NCBI RefSeq assembly: GCF_964204645.1
Contig: NC_134026.1
Span: 16,030,150-16,094,149 of the forward strand
DNA length: 64,000 nt
Direction of reading: 5' to 3'
From: Tubulanus polymorphus
Taxonomy: Eukaryota; Animalia; Nemertea
Under the pieces are notes generated by a model. It was given only the letters and a program-made list of their open reading frames with translations. It had not been told where the DNA came from and searched no databases. The stretch's first letter is position 1. Each line of letters starts with the position of its first letter. This document shows, in pieces, positions 35,573 to 48,469 of this stretch. The translations under genes and the position numbers were made by a program.

Positions 35573-37925
35573 CGGTTCCTGAACTTCGCTGAAAAAGCTG
35601 AAACACTGAAAAGCTGAAACGCTGAAATAAAAACGCTGAAATTTCAGGGAATTTCCGAAAAACGCCGAAATTTCAGGGAATTCCCGAAAAACGCTGAAAT
35701 CGTGCTAGGTACCGACAATACACGTTTTGAAATGTTTTCCGGGCCGGTGTCCGCTGACGAGTCCTGAACCGTGTTTTATGCTCTACCTTCGGTTACAGAG
35801 ACATGCCTTAAGGTCGTCGTCATGACCGACTTGATCGATTGCGGATTGCGTGGATTGTTAGATGTGTTTTTTGCCATAGTTTTATGTGCATATACCGGTA
35901 CGATCTAACAATGAAGTTATCACTTCATTTGAATAAATTCTTAATCACAGTAATATTAATTCACAATATTTTTTCTTATGTTTGGTGATTTCTTGCAACT
36001 TATCATTGCCAAGTCTCATACAAGTAGTAGCTGATTGAAAGTACAGTTAGGCTGAACCTGATAGTGATAACCCAAATTAAGTGCTAGCATGGAACTAATG
36101 ATTATTTTGATTCTTTTTTCGGTGTCATTGAAATTCGTTAATAAAGGTTTTAACCGTCATAGTATACTGTACTTAGCATTGCTACAATTGGGTGCCATAT
36201 TTCTACAATTTCTACAAGGAGGAAGGAATCTTTAAGTGTCTTTGTTCCCGGGTAGGGTACGGGGTAAAACCTGGTTTACTTTCTCTTTCGACTTGCCGGA
36301 GACTACTATCTGCAATGTATTGCATGCTTTGATGTGTCTGGCCTATAGGAGTCGATCGATATTTTTTTCCCATACACAGGCATGGCTTTAGTGTAGATGA
36401 AGGCTAGGCACTGCACATTGTGGATTGACTGGAACTCTTAACTCACAAAATTAAACGAGTCAACAAGAAAGATCCAATAATTGGACATTTGTCTAACTAT
36501 ATTATTTAACAGCTTGAAATAACACAAGTCATTCTGCAAGAGTATACAAAGGAAATCAGTTCTTACATTATATCAGAATCAATAGTTCGCTTAACTCTGG
36601 CTAGAATTCTGGTTCCATTGCTTCATATTCTAATGAAATCCACTAGTATACCTTAGAATATCGCTTAGCTTAAGACTAAAAATTTGGTACCAGGAAACAG
36701 GGAAGAAAAGTGGGTGTACTGTACATCCGCAATTGACTTATTTCTCTCTGGTTGAATCAAGTTATTATTGAAATAGCATTCGAATAGCCATTTTATTTTT
36801 AAAAATTGTGTCGTTCAGCTATCCTGCTGCAAATTTCGCAGTTGAAGTTTACTGGTGCCATCTGATTTCTCAGTATCTCAAAAAATTTGCACATTCTAAG
36901 CCTGAATCTAAAAATAGAAAAAGGTGCATTTTAGTCGGATATAAAAGAATAGTGGCTAATACACCCTGGACTATATAGCCTATGGGGTGGGCCTAATTTG
37001 AAAGCACTGAGGTCTGAGAGAACAGCACTTAGTAAATAAATACTGAAATAAAACTTACAAAACACCCAGTACTTGAGAAGATGTACTTGACAAGAAGTGT
37101 CACCAGCTAAGCATATCAACTTTGTCTATGACTCCCCCTTTTATTTTATAGATTCAGTAGTAGTCTAAAAATAAGAATCGGTACATTTTTCTAACAGTTG
37201 GTATGTCATTTCTTCAAAAAAACTAATTATTATCACGCCACAGCAAATAAATTATTCACAGTTGTTGAATGGTTAGCCCGATTTAGATTAATTGGTTGAC
37301 GCTAATCAGTATGACCCATACGTAGGGGCCTACTGCATGCCATTGGCGTCAATCCATTCCATTCCACAGTGAATTAAAAAGAAATTTAGTTAGATCCCTT
37401 TTGTCCAAAAGCTGCATCATTTATATAACTAGCTGTCAAATTTAATTTACCTCCTTCAGAGAATACCATAGTGACATAGTCCGTCGCCCATCAACGTGTT
37501 GACAAAAGAAAAGTTGCTCCATGTTTTATACATGAACGTTCAAATAAGATATTTTGCGTCTTGCAGGGAATATTGAGCATAGTGTTTAAGTTGGCTTGCA
37601 CGGTTTGTGAATGGGTTTTCCTCATTATGCTGCCTGTATGCATTAAAAATCCGGATTTCAAGCGAATTAATTTGTCCAACAAGTGGCCCTCTAGAAGTAT
37701 ACTCCACACATACTGTCCATGCGTGTCTCTGTAACCGAAGGTAGAGACTAAAACACGGTTCAGGACTCGGTAGCGGACACCGGCCCGGAAAATATTTCAA
37801 AACGTGTATTGTTGGTACCTAGCACGATTTCAGCGTTTTTCGGGAATTCCCTGAAATTTCGGCGTTTTTATTTCTGCGTTTCAGCGTTTCAGTGATTCAG
37901 CTTTTTCAGCGAAGTTCAGGAACCG
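35573..37925. mobile_element. MULE/MuDR-like non-autonomous element, ~200-230-bp TIRs, perfect 9-bp TSD ACACAAAAC
   Basis: CGGTTCCTGAACTTCGCTGAAAAAGCTGAA... / ...TTCAGCTTTTTCAGCGAAGTTCAGGAACCG; TSD at 35564-35572 and 37926-37934; no transposase ORF inside. Confidence 0.88.
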
Positions 37926-40900
37926 ACACAAAACCCCTCATATAAAGCATACCATAAACATTATTGTTATGGTTTTTCGGCGTAAAAATACTTTCATATA
38001 TTCGTACAACCAGTGTTTTCTTTCATGAATGCATTGAATTGTTGTCAGCGCTACATCGCTGTATTCTAAAAATGCTTAAAATCTAAACTGATTGTACAAA
38101 CCGAAAACAGTGAAAACGACATCCAGCCGATGTAGCTGATATACGAAATGAATCTAGATTTTATCATTGCATCAAATGTGTATAAATATCAGAGCCCAAG
38201 AGAGTTTCTAACAAAAGTTATCGACGCCACCATGCAAGAAATCAATACCGTACCTGAAATTAAAACGTTTAGAAGACGTCGAATTAATGGCATAGCTATT
38301 GACGGGCAGGATATTCAGAAATTACGTCGTGTCGACGTAATTTAGCGATGTATTCTAGACGAAGAAACTAATATCAAAACAAAACTGTATACTATTAAAT
38401 TTCCATCTTTTCCGTACCAGTTGATGCTGGGGATTAATTGGATTGGTAATTCTGATAATAAGATGGTAAACAAAAAATAAAAAATATTTCGGGCGTTGAT
38501 GGGACTCGAACCTATTAGATGTTCTAACGCGTTCTCAAATGTTTTGATACTTTCTCAGTTTGTATCAAAAATATATCCGATTTTTGGTCCTTAAGTCCTG
38601 AAAAAATGATAAATTTACTGTGTAAAATCGTACAAACAAAATCTATACCTCAAAACACTTTATTTCCTGACCAATTTATGATGTTATGTGTGGGCCATAG
38701 ACCTCAATATCTGCCTGTGATCTCAACTTTCAATAAAGATTACGTAAGCTACTCGTGCCCAAAACGCGGCAGGCGCACAATAGAAAGTTACGCGCAGGGT
38801 ACTTCTATTGTCGCCGACATAGAGGACCGATATTTTGCTAATTGGATTCGGGAGGTTTAAACCTCCCAATGTCAATTTACTAAAATTGTGACCTTCAGGG
38901 AGATTCTACGAAAGGCCGATCGTTATCAATTTTGGTTGAACTTGATACCATAATGCTCACTGGTTTTAATGTCAAACCATGTAGTCCATATTTGGTAAGT
39001 TGTAAATTACGTAAAACCGAAAGAAAAACCAATTATTGGATCGAGTTTTTCCTAATTACACGAATTACTTGAAATATCAAATAAATGAAATGTATACACA
39101 ATACCAATAAGAACAACCTGATTTGATTCTGTTCAGAATTCATTCCTATATTTTCGTCATAATAATCGGAGGCAGTATTTCTCATTGATTTTTTCCATAG
39201 CGTCATTTCAGCCATGGACTGTAAAAAAACGTTACTGATTCCATGGTGAAGCTCGTTTTCGAGTAAAATATTGCATTTGATTCATTTCTCGTTGTGGTTT
39301 TGTCAAAGCTATATTTTCACAGTCCGATCAGTGATACAAATAGCTAGTCAGTTACCAACGGTATAGCCAATAGTCTACAGAACCACCCGAATAGCGAAAA
39401 TTAGCAAATTGTACAAGTGATACCAGTTTTTGTCATGATTTTATCGAACATGTCATTCAATAATCGTCGTGATCGGGTAAAAACTCGCCCCGTAAAGGTC
39501 CCTTTCAGTAAAAATCCCCTAGTTAAATATACCCCAAGGTAAAGGCCCCTGGTAAAAATAAAGATTTTTCAGTGTCTAGTTGGATGTTCTTTTCTTGTTC
39601 CTCTGTATACCTGTATACCTTCTCTATCAGATAGAAATGTTGTTAACTGCAACTATCCGTTAATCAAACTGTTGAGTTATTTTTGATAATCGGGAGTGAT
39701 GAAAAGTTAGGAATGAAAATTAACGGTTTAGCTACTTATATTTAGTTTAAAATCATGTGTTCTGCTTTAACAAATGCACTGTTTTATCTAAAAATATTAT
39801 CTGACCCGAGTGCCTCAATCAAGGCTACATCAACAGTCCATCTCACTGATTACTTCATCACAAATAATCACCAGCCATTGAAATGTTTAATCCTCATACA
39901 ATACAATACAATTATCTCAAATCTAAATTTCATTAGATAAATGCCCCTAGATTTCATAGGTTTTATTCCAACTGTTGCGACAGTCATATCAAAACTGGAC
40001 TATTCATATCAATAGACGATAAACTGGACTGTTAATATATGAAAAGTCTTTAAGGCCATATCATATATCTGAAGTGCGCTATGTTTTGCCTTGCAGTAAT
40101 AATTTGATTTGTCACATGATTACTCCATATCTTCATATAATTTCCAAATAAACGAATACATTTCCATTGTTATGTTAAATGACATCAGCAAAAGCAAATA
40201 GACACAAACTACTACACGACTGTGTTTAGGATGGTTTAAGAGATTGGACGCCGATTGATACGAAAAGTAGATTTCATGCAATCATTTTCTTTCTTTAAAA
40301 TCGTTGCGAATTAACGCGCGAGTGTTCGACTCTGGACGAACGGTTAATGGAATTTTATCGGGTTAGTCTTTCCAGGGAAGTGTGATGACACCTCCCTGGA
40401 CACATCACATCACACTTCCCTGGTCTTTCTATAGCCGACTAGCTATTGAATACCAGTGATTAAGCCATAAGTAAATAAAGAAGTTACTTGGGATGTTTAA
40501 CCAATTGATGAAAATGTACAAGTAAAACCAGGCCTATGAGACACCCGTAATGTAAAATGATATCATGCAAGATATTCATATAAGCATATTTTAGTCCTGA
40601 TTTGAATGAATGTACCCACATTTTAGGCAATGAATCGAGACTTGGTTTTATCCCATAGCGTCAGCGCTAGTACATGCTTGAGATGAGATTGTTGGTTTAT
40701 ATTTTGAACTCTGTAAAGAAGTTTTGTACATTTAAGCGTGAATGACGCACTGTGATGAACTATGTACGAAATAACATATTAAATTCAATGAAAGAATCTT
40801 AATGTTCCAAAAGGAATATAAGTGTAGTTAAGATTAATAGTTGTTTTTTTTTTCTTAATGAAAACCGATGATATAAAATAATTAAAGTAAAAATCAAAGT

Positions 40901-43900
40901 AAAAATCCCCCGGTAAAATATTCCCAATATTTGATTTAACTAACATAAAATCAACACGATTTATTATGTTCAAAAAAACTCAACTCATAGACTCTAGATT
41001 TTATTGCACTTCTATTAACTGAAGATGATAGTAATGATGTATAGATGTATAATATGATGACCGAACGTTTGATGAGGAATAACTACTGTGGTTAGATACA
41101 ATTCTCATTCTTAGGATACGAATCGGTTGATTGAATTTGGTCATTTAAACTACTGGCTAATTTACAGTGGTCACTATTGAAACGATTAATTGAAGTGCCC
41201 TTGAAATCAGGATAGATTCCTGTTGCGTAAATAAACTAATTTTTAAGCGACCACCTTCTATTGTCGGTATTCGGTTAGCTCTTGGTTAACCAGAAGTTTT
41301 ACCATACAGACTCGGACTAGATGATTGAATTAAATCTTTGAATCAAAATATTGTCACTGGAGTAAATATATATTCCTTATTACACGTTCAGCAGTGATCA
41401 TATTTTACATGTAAATTGAAGGTATTACTGTCATCTAAAGTTAATAAGGTATTAGAATCGCAAAATTTAAGTGAACATGAAAATGAGAAGAAAATACACA
41501 ATATCCGTGTATGGTGAATAACGAGACAAATCCCACAATGAATTCAGCTAAAAATCAAATGTTCTACGAGCAATGTTTCGGCTAATGCTATTAGCCATCA
41601 TCAGGCCCCCGTCAACATGAAAATATTGATACGTAAATCGAATCCACATCATAAGCATACTATACCACACGTTAAAAAGAGTTATTTAAAATTAAAAGAT
41701 AGTATGAATAAGAATATGAAAAGATAGTATGAATAAAAAGTTCATTAATTTCATTTATTCTATGAATTTATTTAAAGATTTATTTCAACAAAAGAGATCA
41801 ATGCACAGTTAAATATATTGCAGTTGTATTGTGGATGAATATGTTTGAATAAATATCGTGCTTTCAAATGTTCTTGAGAAATCGCCAAGTGAGGATTTTA
41901 CCTAGATTTTACCCCAGGCCCTAAATCCAGTAGGTTTATGGCGAAAGGTTAAGATTAGGAATGCATAAGCAATATAAATTTTTGAAACAGCATTTTGTCT
42001 CCCGATGATTTGATTTGCAGGTCAGACTTATTGTTGACCAAAGTTCTTAAAGTGAATCGCTTTAAAGTAATAAATATCAATGAAACAATATCATAAATTT
42101 TGAAGTGAGTTATTTTGTAATAATCCAATTGAAGTGCACTCGGATGCATGCTAAATTCTTATAAATTCATTTATAAATTTAATTTATACATTTTCCCTCC
42201 TCACTTATTCATTCTATATTTGTTTTACTAATGAACATAACAGTGACTTGTGCCTAATGTCAATAAGCAGCGATTGGGTGCCGCCTTTCTGTGTTAATCT
42301 ATCACGAAAGATTTAACTCGATTAGAGCCGCTGAAAACGTATTTCTTTGCAGCCTAGAGTTTATGCATACGTGTTCTAAATCAAGACAATATGCTCTATA
42401 TCAGAGCCTATACTAAAGCATGCACTCATAATTCGTTGAAGAGTCCGAGGCTTAATTGTGAGAGTTGTTATACAATGAGTAATTAAATGGTGGGATTACA
42501 ATGGGAGAGATCATTTCATCAGCCACATCGTTGCCCCAGGGAGTTAGTTATATTCGTTATAGCCAAAATACCTTGACCATGGACTCTAAAACGTCCATGA
42601 CTTGACAGAATATAGAAATTTGCCCAGAAAAAATTATGCATATTCCAACAAAAAAAGAATCAATAAAGACTTATATTATTTGAATTTAAATGAAGAGACG
42701 AGTAGTACTTTAAAGGTTAACTATTTATTTCGACGCACGAGCTTTCGCTTCTAATGTATAGAAGCTTCAATGAGTGAATTATTAGAATTGGTACATTTAG
42801 TAAATTCCGGAAACAAAACCTAGTCTTAAGAACTACCATTAACCAAGTTTCAAAGAATTTTGTTCCCTTATGATATTGAATGGTGTGAAATTGAAGTGTC
42901 CCTAATGATATATCTTTATGTAAGTTCAACTAACTTACCCAGTTAGTGATGATAGTTGAATAATTAACAAAATAATAGTTGGAATATCGTTTAGGACAAA
43001 TTAGGATTTTACCGGGTAAGTTTTTTCCTAGTAGGCTACCTTTTTTAAGAGCATGCATCCTGAGATACATATACAAAAATTCATTTGACGCTAAATGCAA
43101 AGTTTTCACGGTAGAACATATTTGGACATCAATTAATCACGTGAAGGGGATGAAATGACAATTTGTCACTGCTGAGCTTATTTTCCTTCACTGAACTTTT
43201 TCTAAGTTTTTTCAATATTCTCTAATCCGACATTATATACGCTGCGTACTAACTGTACACAATTTCGGGTTTGGGTTGTTTTTGAAAAAAAAACAGATTC
43301 CCAGAAAATTGTAATTTTTGGGTTCTTGAAAACGGTCAATATGTTATAGCAGGTTAATGCATAAAACCGCATAGAATAGCTACAATAAACAAAATGTATC
43401 CAGGAAAATATATATTTCAGAACACGATCGATTTCACTGAATTTAGCCTCATCATGTAGGATAAAATGAACTTCTGTTGATATTGCGATTGTGCTGTCGT
43501 TAGCTGTCGCATAGCTTATTCGAATCGCTATCGAAAGTAACAAAACAATGGTCACATGTGTCAATGAACTTATTAACCATTAAGTCATTAATTTTACTTT
43601 TCACTTTTAAAAGGGGAAAACGGCAGCATTTGGTAAAATTGACTAACGCGACTGGGGCGGGTGATTCTAGAATTAAACGAATTTGTGAATTTTCAATCTT
43701 GATTGAGTCGTTGAATAGTTATACAATGAACTGCGTTGGTCAAATGATTTAAAAATCGCTTTAAATGTAGGAAAACGGAACGCGCGGCCACCGCCGGGAT
43801 CTACCGCGCCGGTTCGAATCCCTGTGAAATACGCGCGCCGCTTGCAGTGAGCAGTCAAATCTGCGCCACAGTTCTGATAAAGTTTATTCTTTCGTTCGAC

Positions 43901-44280
43901 CTTTAAATTACACAGGCCCGTAGCAAGGGGTAAAATGGTGAAGTGGCCATTGGACCAGATAGACGCCTTTTAATAAGAAAAAAGCTAATTATCATACACT
44001 TAATAAATCTTACATGATATACATGTATCATTAACTGTACAAGCGCGCGCCATAGAAGAATTTTTAGTTTCATTTTGGGAATAATCCTGTCATATGTGGA
44101 AAATTCAATCTGATTGAATTAGTACACCTCTTCAGAGTCTCATTATTTTTAGTTATCTTGTCACATGAGTCGAGTGCTGCTGTTTTGCTTGAAACACCGT
44201 CTAAATATAATCTTTCAAAGATGAAAGTAAGTTGCAGTAGTTTGTATTCTTTCAGTAAGATCCAGTGTGAATAAGAGAAA

Positions 44281-44403
44281 AATGATAATAATAATAATGA
44301 TGATAATAATAATAATCAGTACAATTACAATAGGGTTTCTGCGAAAGGAGCAGAAACCCTCGAATCTCAATAGGGTTTTCTGTGAAGAAACAGAAAACCC
44401 TAA
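44281..44403 (-). mobile_element. Two stacked HINE-type terminal hairpins with (AAT)n
   Basis: AGGGTTTCTGC-N7-GCAGAAACCCT (44332-44360) directly followed by TAGGGTTTTCTG-N8-CAGAAAACCCTA (44371-44402), the latter the same as at 7580-7611. Confidence 0.6.
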
Positions 44404-44404
44404 T

Positions 44405-44960
44405 TGCACGCAGTTATATCACTTTCCACCAAATTGAATCAATACCTAATCTGAACTTTGACCAATCTAAATTGAGTTCTGGGCATAATACATCAGGGCT
44501 GAGCATTTTGTTGCCAATCCATATGGCTAATGTATTATCTTTGTTGACTCCCGAACCTGCAGAGGCTTTGTATACTGTAAGGATATCAAAGTTTTCTTAG
44601 ATTATCACCATTCGGTTTTTAAATGAAAGTAGTATCTTCAGCAAATTGTGTTACAAGATATTCAGTATTGTTAATTCCTATCCCTTGGATGTCAGGAAGT
44701 ATGGGGTGATTGGATCCCCCTGTCGTACTATTTTCTTCACTGTGAAAAAGTGTGATACGTAACCACTATTTGTTATACAACTATAGATGTTACAGTAAAA
44801 AAATCATAATCCATCGACAAAATTGTTCACCAAATTTGAAAAATGTTAATGTTTTATGAATGAAACTCCATTTTAAACAACCAAGAGCCTTCTCAAATCT
44901 ATCGTCACTAATATTCCCGCGATATTTTCAGAATCGGTTTGTGGTACATCATCACTATTT
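44405..44960 (-). pseudogene. L1/Tx1-clade LINE reverse transcriptase fragment
   Basis: GILVTID(F)EKA...WSFIHKTLTFFKFGEQFCRWI...VRQGDPITPYF...IGINNTEYLVTQFAEDTT...AIWIG across frameshifts. Confidence 0.78.
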
Positions 44961-45624
44961 GGAAACCATTTTTTGCCAAAATTATTGTATTTGATATTTT
45001 TTGATTAAGTAGTAGTTTAATATGTGTACTATTTGAATTCATAATGTTGAGGGGCAAAAAAACATCTACGTGGTTTAATTACCGTATAGTATCATATGTC
45101 TGTAATTAGAAATCTTTGCACAGCACCATTTGAAAAATACCTTCTTTTTCACCTCATTATCGTGCCTCATTTGCATAGATTTGCATGATTAATTAAGAAA
45201 ATTATTATTTCGGTTACGATTACTAGCAACTGCACTGGCTCAGATGGTCACGATGATAAAGCTATTCATTTAAGATCTTTATCTTTTCTGATTCGGTTTT
45301 GAATACAATGTGCTAGCGACATCATATAAAGATGGCCGCTCTCACCATAATTCTACCAATTTCGTTTGAAGGTTTGGTTTACGTTTTGAACTACTTGAAT
45401 TTGAAAATTTATGACTAATTACGAATGACGCGGTCATAATTTGTACTATGTATATGCGGTCTCTTATTGGCTGGAACTCCTGCGCCCAGTTCCGTCGCGT
45501 CGCAGATGACCTTATGTCGGTTGCGATAAAAAGGAACTGTCCGCCTACCGTAGGCCGGAGTAGAACATGGGCAACTAGCCGCATACGGCTTGCGACGAGT
45601 CGGTAGGCGTCGGGTTGCCGTCTC

Positions 45625-45752
45625 AAGCCGGCTTATGTCGAACCGATAGAGCAGCAACTGGCGGCCTCTCGTAGGCCGCTAGTTGCCGCTAATCGGCGAT
45701 AAACCTAGTCTCGTCGGTAGGCGTCGCGTTGCTTCTCGACATAAGCCAGCCT
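45625..45752. mobile_element. PIF/Harbinger-like MITE (GC-rich, palindromic)
   Basis: AAGCCGGCTTATGTCGA / TCGACATAAGCCAGCCT inverted ends, TAA on the right flank, internal hairpin; related GC-rich motifs extend left to ~45480. Confidence 0.5.
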
Positions 45753-46362
45753 TAAAAACTGAATGGCCTGGATCGACTAGCCATGGCTCCAGAGTCTTTT
45801 ATGATATCGAACTTTGTCTTGCTGCTGAGGACATGGTTAAAAGGAGAATTCTATTCCCTGAGAAATCCTTTCCTGTGAGATCGTGGAAACAAGACTACAA
45901 TTATAAACATAGTGTTACACGTCTTGTAATTGGAAATCCGGAATTCTTAAATGGAGATTTCGAAGATATAAGTACATAGATATACACATATGAATCGACT
46001 TAACGTGCATGTATTAATTTTGTAAAAGATGTTTTGCAATGCACAATTTCTGTTTTGCTACTATAGATATCGATGAACTCAGTGTTGAGGGAGGGTGTCG
46101 GACCGATGCTGATCATAATATTTGCGAGGATGCTGGCGGTTAGGCCCAGTTTGGGTGGCAAAAGGCATGACATTGCAATTATTCTTTTTACTTCGTGAGA
46201 TTAATGGGGTACACATAGCACCTGCCCACTTTAGGATATCATTACTGCTCTGATTAATCAACTGTCTGCTCTCATAAAATCTTAGAAACTCTTTGTTGAT
46301 TGTACCAGAATAAATCTTTTTCCCGTTTCAAGGAAATATTTTATTCACTTTTGTCAGCATGC

Positions 46363-47028
46363 AATGGTGGCTGATAAGGGCCATAGCGAAAAATATCTGG
46401 TATGCAAATCAGGGAGCCAGAAGGCCAGAACACCAAAACGAAAAAACCACCAATTTTCTCTGAAAGTTCGTTTTGGCGCGCCAAAACAAAGAAAATTCCG
46501 TTTTGGTGCCCCCGCAAAACGAACTTTCAACCACGTAAAATAATTCTATATATGCAAATTTATGCAAATTACACACAGGATCAACGCGCCAAATTCAAAA
46601 ATGATTTTACTGTAGTTGAATGCTTGTTTTGGCGGGGGCGCCAAAATGGAAATTACCGCGCCAAAACGAAATAATAAAGTAAATAATTTTTTCGCCAAAC
46701 TCAGAGAAAATTTGACGTTTTTAGTTGTTTTGGCGGGGGCGCGAAAACGAAAGTTCGTTTGGGCGGGAATACAAAAATGAAAGTTCGTTTTGGCGCGGGT
46801 GCCAAAACGGAATTCCTTTGTTTTGGCGCGCCAAAGCAACTTTCAGAGAAAATTGGACGTTTTTCGTTGTTTTGGCGGGGGCGCCAAAACGGAATAATCT
46901 TTGTTTTGGCGCGCCAAAACGGATTTTTAGAGAAAATTGGACGTTTTTTTCGTTTTGGCGTTCTGGCGTTCTGGCGCCCTGATTTGCATACCAGAAATGT
47001 TTCGCCATGGCCCTTATCAGCCACCATA
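46363..47028. mobile_element. Complete IS3EU-like non-autonomous DNA transposon (long TIRs, 6-bp TSD)
   Basis: ATGGTGGCTGATAAGGGCCATAGCGAAA... / ...TTTCGCCATGGCCCTTATCAGCCACCATA; TSD GCATGC (46357-46362) / ACATGC (47029-47034); TAY..RTA-type termini; internal TTTTGGCG..CGCCAAAA dyads. Confidence 0.72.
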
Positions 47029-47464
47029 ACATGCTAGGATTCATAGTCTCCATGACCTGTCTCATTCCATGACTTTCTAAGACCTTTTTACTCCAATTGC
47101 ATGACCCGATTCGAATTGCACCTAATGTACTAACTCGCAAAGGTAAAATGCTATCAATTGTACTTGGGGATGGATTCAAGATGGCGGACACCAATGGACA
47201 CGCTGTACTTTGGCTCGATCAAAAACCTTTATAATGACCGTTTCCTGATGGAACTGGGTACCAATATTATATCAGTGACTGGCGATTAACCATAAGAAAC
47301 AGTACGGAAGAACATTCATCGGTTCGTCTGGTAATATATAGACATCGCAAAACCTTTATTTTCACTCGAAATTTTCATTGGAAACTCTAAGTCGCGATAT
47401 ACCGTATAGCGTCTACCGTACATACCGAAATCCGTTCCGCTTGAATAATCACAACACGGTGAAA

Positions 47465-48448
47465 ATGTACAACCAAGGTGACCAAACGCCTGTGACCGTG
47501 CATATAGATCCCCGACCTGGAGATAAACGATCGAGAATCCACAGGAGTCCAGAAACAGAACAATATAGAACCCTGGAGTACCTGAACGTAGATACCGGAA
47601 AAATCACGAAAGTGGACTGTGAAAGGTGTCCCGATTGCAGCAAATTGGAAAACAAATTAGAACTGATGCTGAATACCGTAATTGAGAAAGTAAATATACT
47701 CCCAGATCTTAATGCAAAGATTGAAACTATCTCCCAATCGATCAACGATTTATCCGGAAGAGTAACGAAAGTCGAAGCTGAAATGACCAGAGTCAAGAAC
47801 TCAATTGTTAATACCCGTTTGGAACACAATGAAATTAGAAAAGATATCACAAAAACGAAAGAGCTCATCATGGATATAAATAAACAATCGAAGCGAAACG
47901 CCCAACGCATACGTAATATCGAAAATTATAGTAGACGGGACAACCTGATATTCTATGGCGTGCCTGAAGCTGACCGTGAGAACTGTGGAAATTTGATTCG
48001 AGATATTCTGAAGAATACGATGGAAATAACCAATGCAGACGAAGTGAAATTCCAACACGTCCACAGATTAAACCGAAGAAATGCCAAACCCGGACCTCGC
48101 GCAATAATAGCACGATTCGCTAATTTCCCTGACAAGGAAAATGCCCGTCGTAAAGCGCATAAATTGAAGAACTCTAATATATCCGTTAGTGAAGATTATT
48201 GCCCAGAAACAGCAGCTGAAATCAAGGAAAAACTACCAGCTAAAAATGAAGCTATCAAACAGGGGCACAAAGCGCACTTCAACTGGGAAGGGAAGCTTTT
48301 TTTCAACGGGAAAGTACACACCGGAGATCTCAAAGATCTCCGAAACGTATCAGGTCAACAATCAATGGATACCCAAAATGCTGAACCTGAGCCGGATCCT
48401 GATCGGTTGGAAACAAGACCGGACAATACCAAGGAACACACAGAATAA
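47465..48448 (+). CDS. LINE ORF1 protein (coiled coil + L1/Tnp_22-like RRM and CTD)
   Basis: Open frame from ATG 47465; ENYSRRDNLIFYGVPE, HVHRL, PRAIIARF, SVSEDY and KLFFNGK motifs. Confidence 0.85.
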   Translation: MYNQGDQTPVTVHIDPRPGDKRSRIHRSPETEQYRTLEYLNVDTGKITKVDCERCPDCSKLENKLELMLNTVIEKVNILPDLNAKIETISQSINDLSGRVTKVEAEMTRVKNSIVNTRLEHNEIRKDITKTKELIMDINKQSKRNAQRIRNIENYSRRDNLIFYGVPEADRENCGNLIRDILKNTMEITNADEVKFQHVHRLNRRNAKPGPRAIIARFANFPDKENARRKAHKLKNSNISVSEDYCPETAAEIKEKLPAKNEAIKQGHKAHFNWEGKLFFNGKVHTGDLKDLRNVSGQQSMDTQNAEPEPDPDRLETRPDNTKEHTE

Positions 48449-48469
48449 GACATCAGCCAGTCTCTAGAC

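Noticed and set aside
43202-43564. 120-aa ORF with a signal-peptide-like N-terminus
   Set aside because: TTG start only, no recognisable domain or splice structure; cannot be supported as a host gene
46402-47194. Cluster of Arg/Phe/Pro-rich ORFs
   Set aside because: Translations of the internal dyad repeats of the IS3EU-like element
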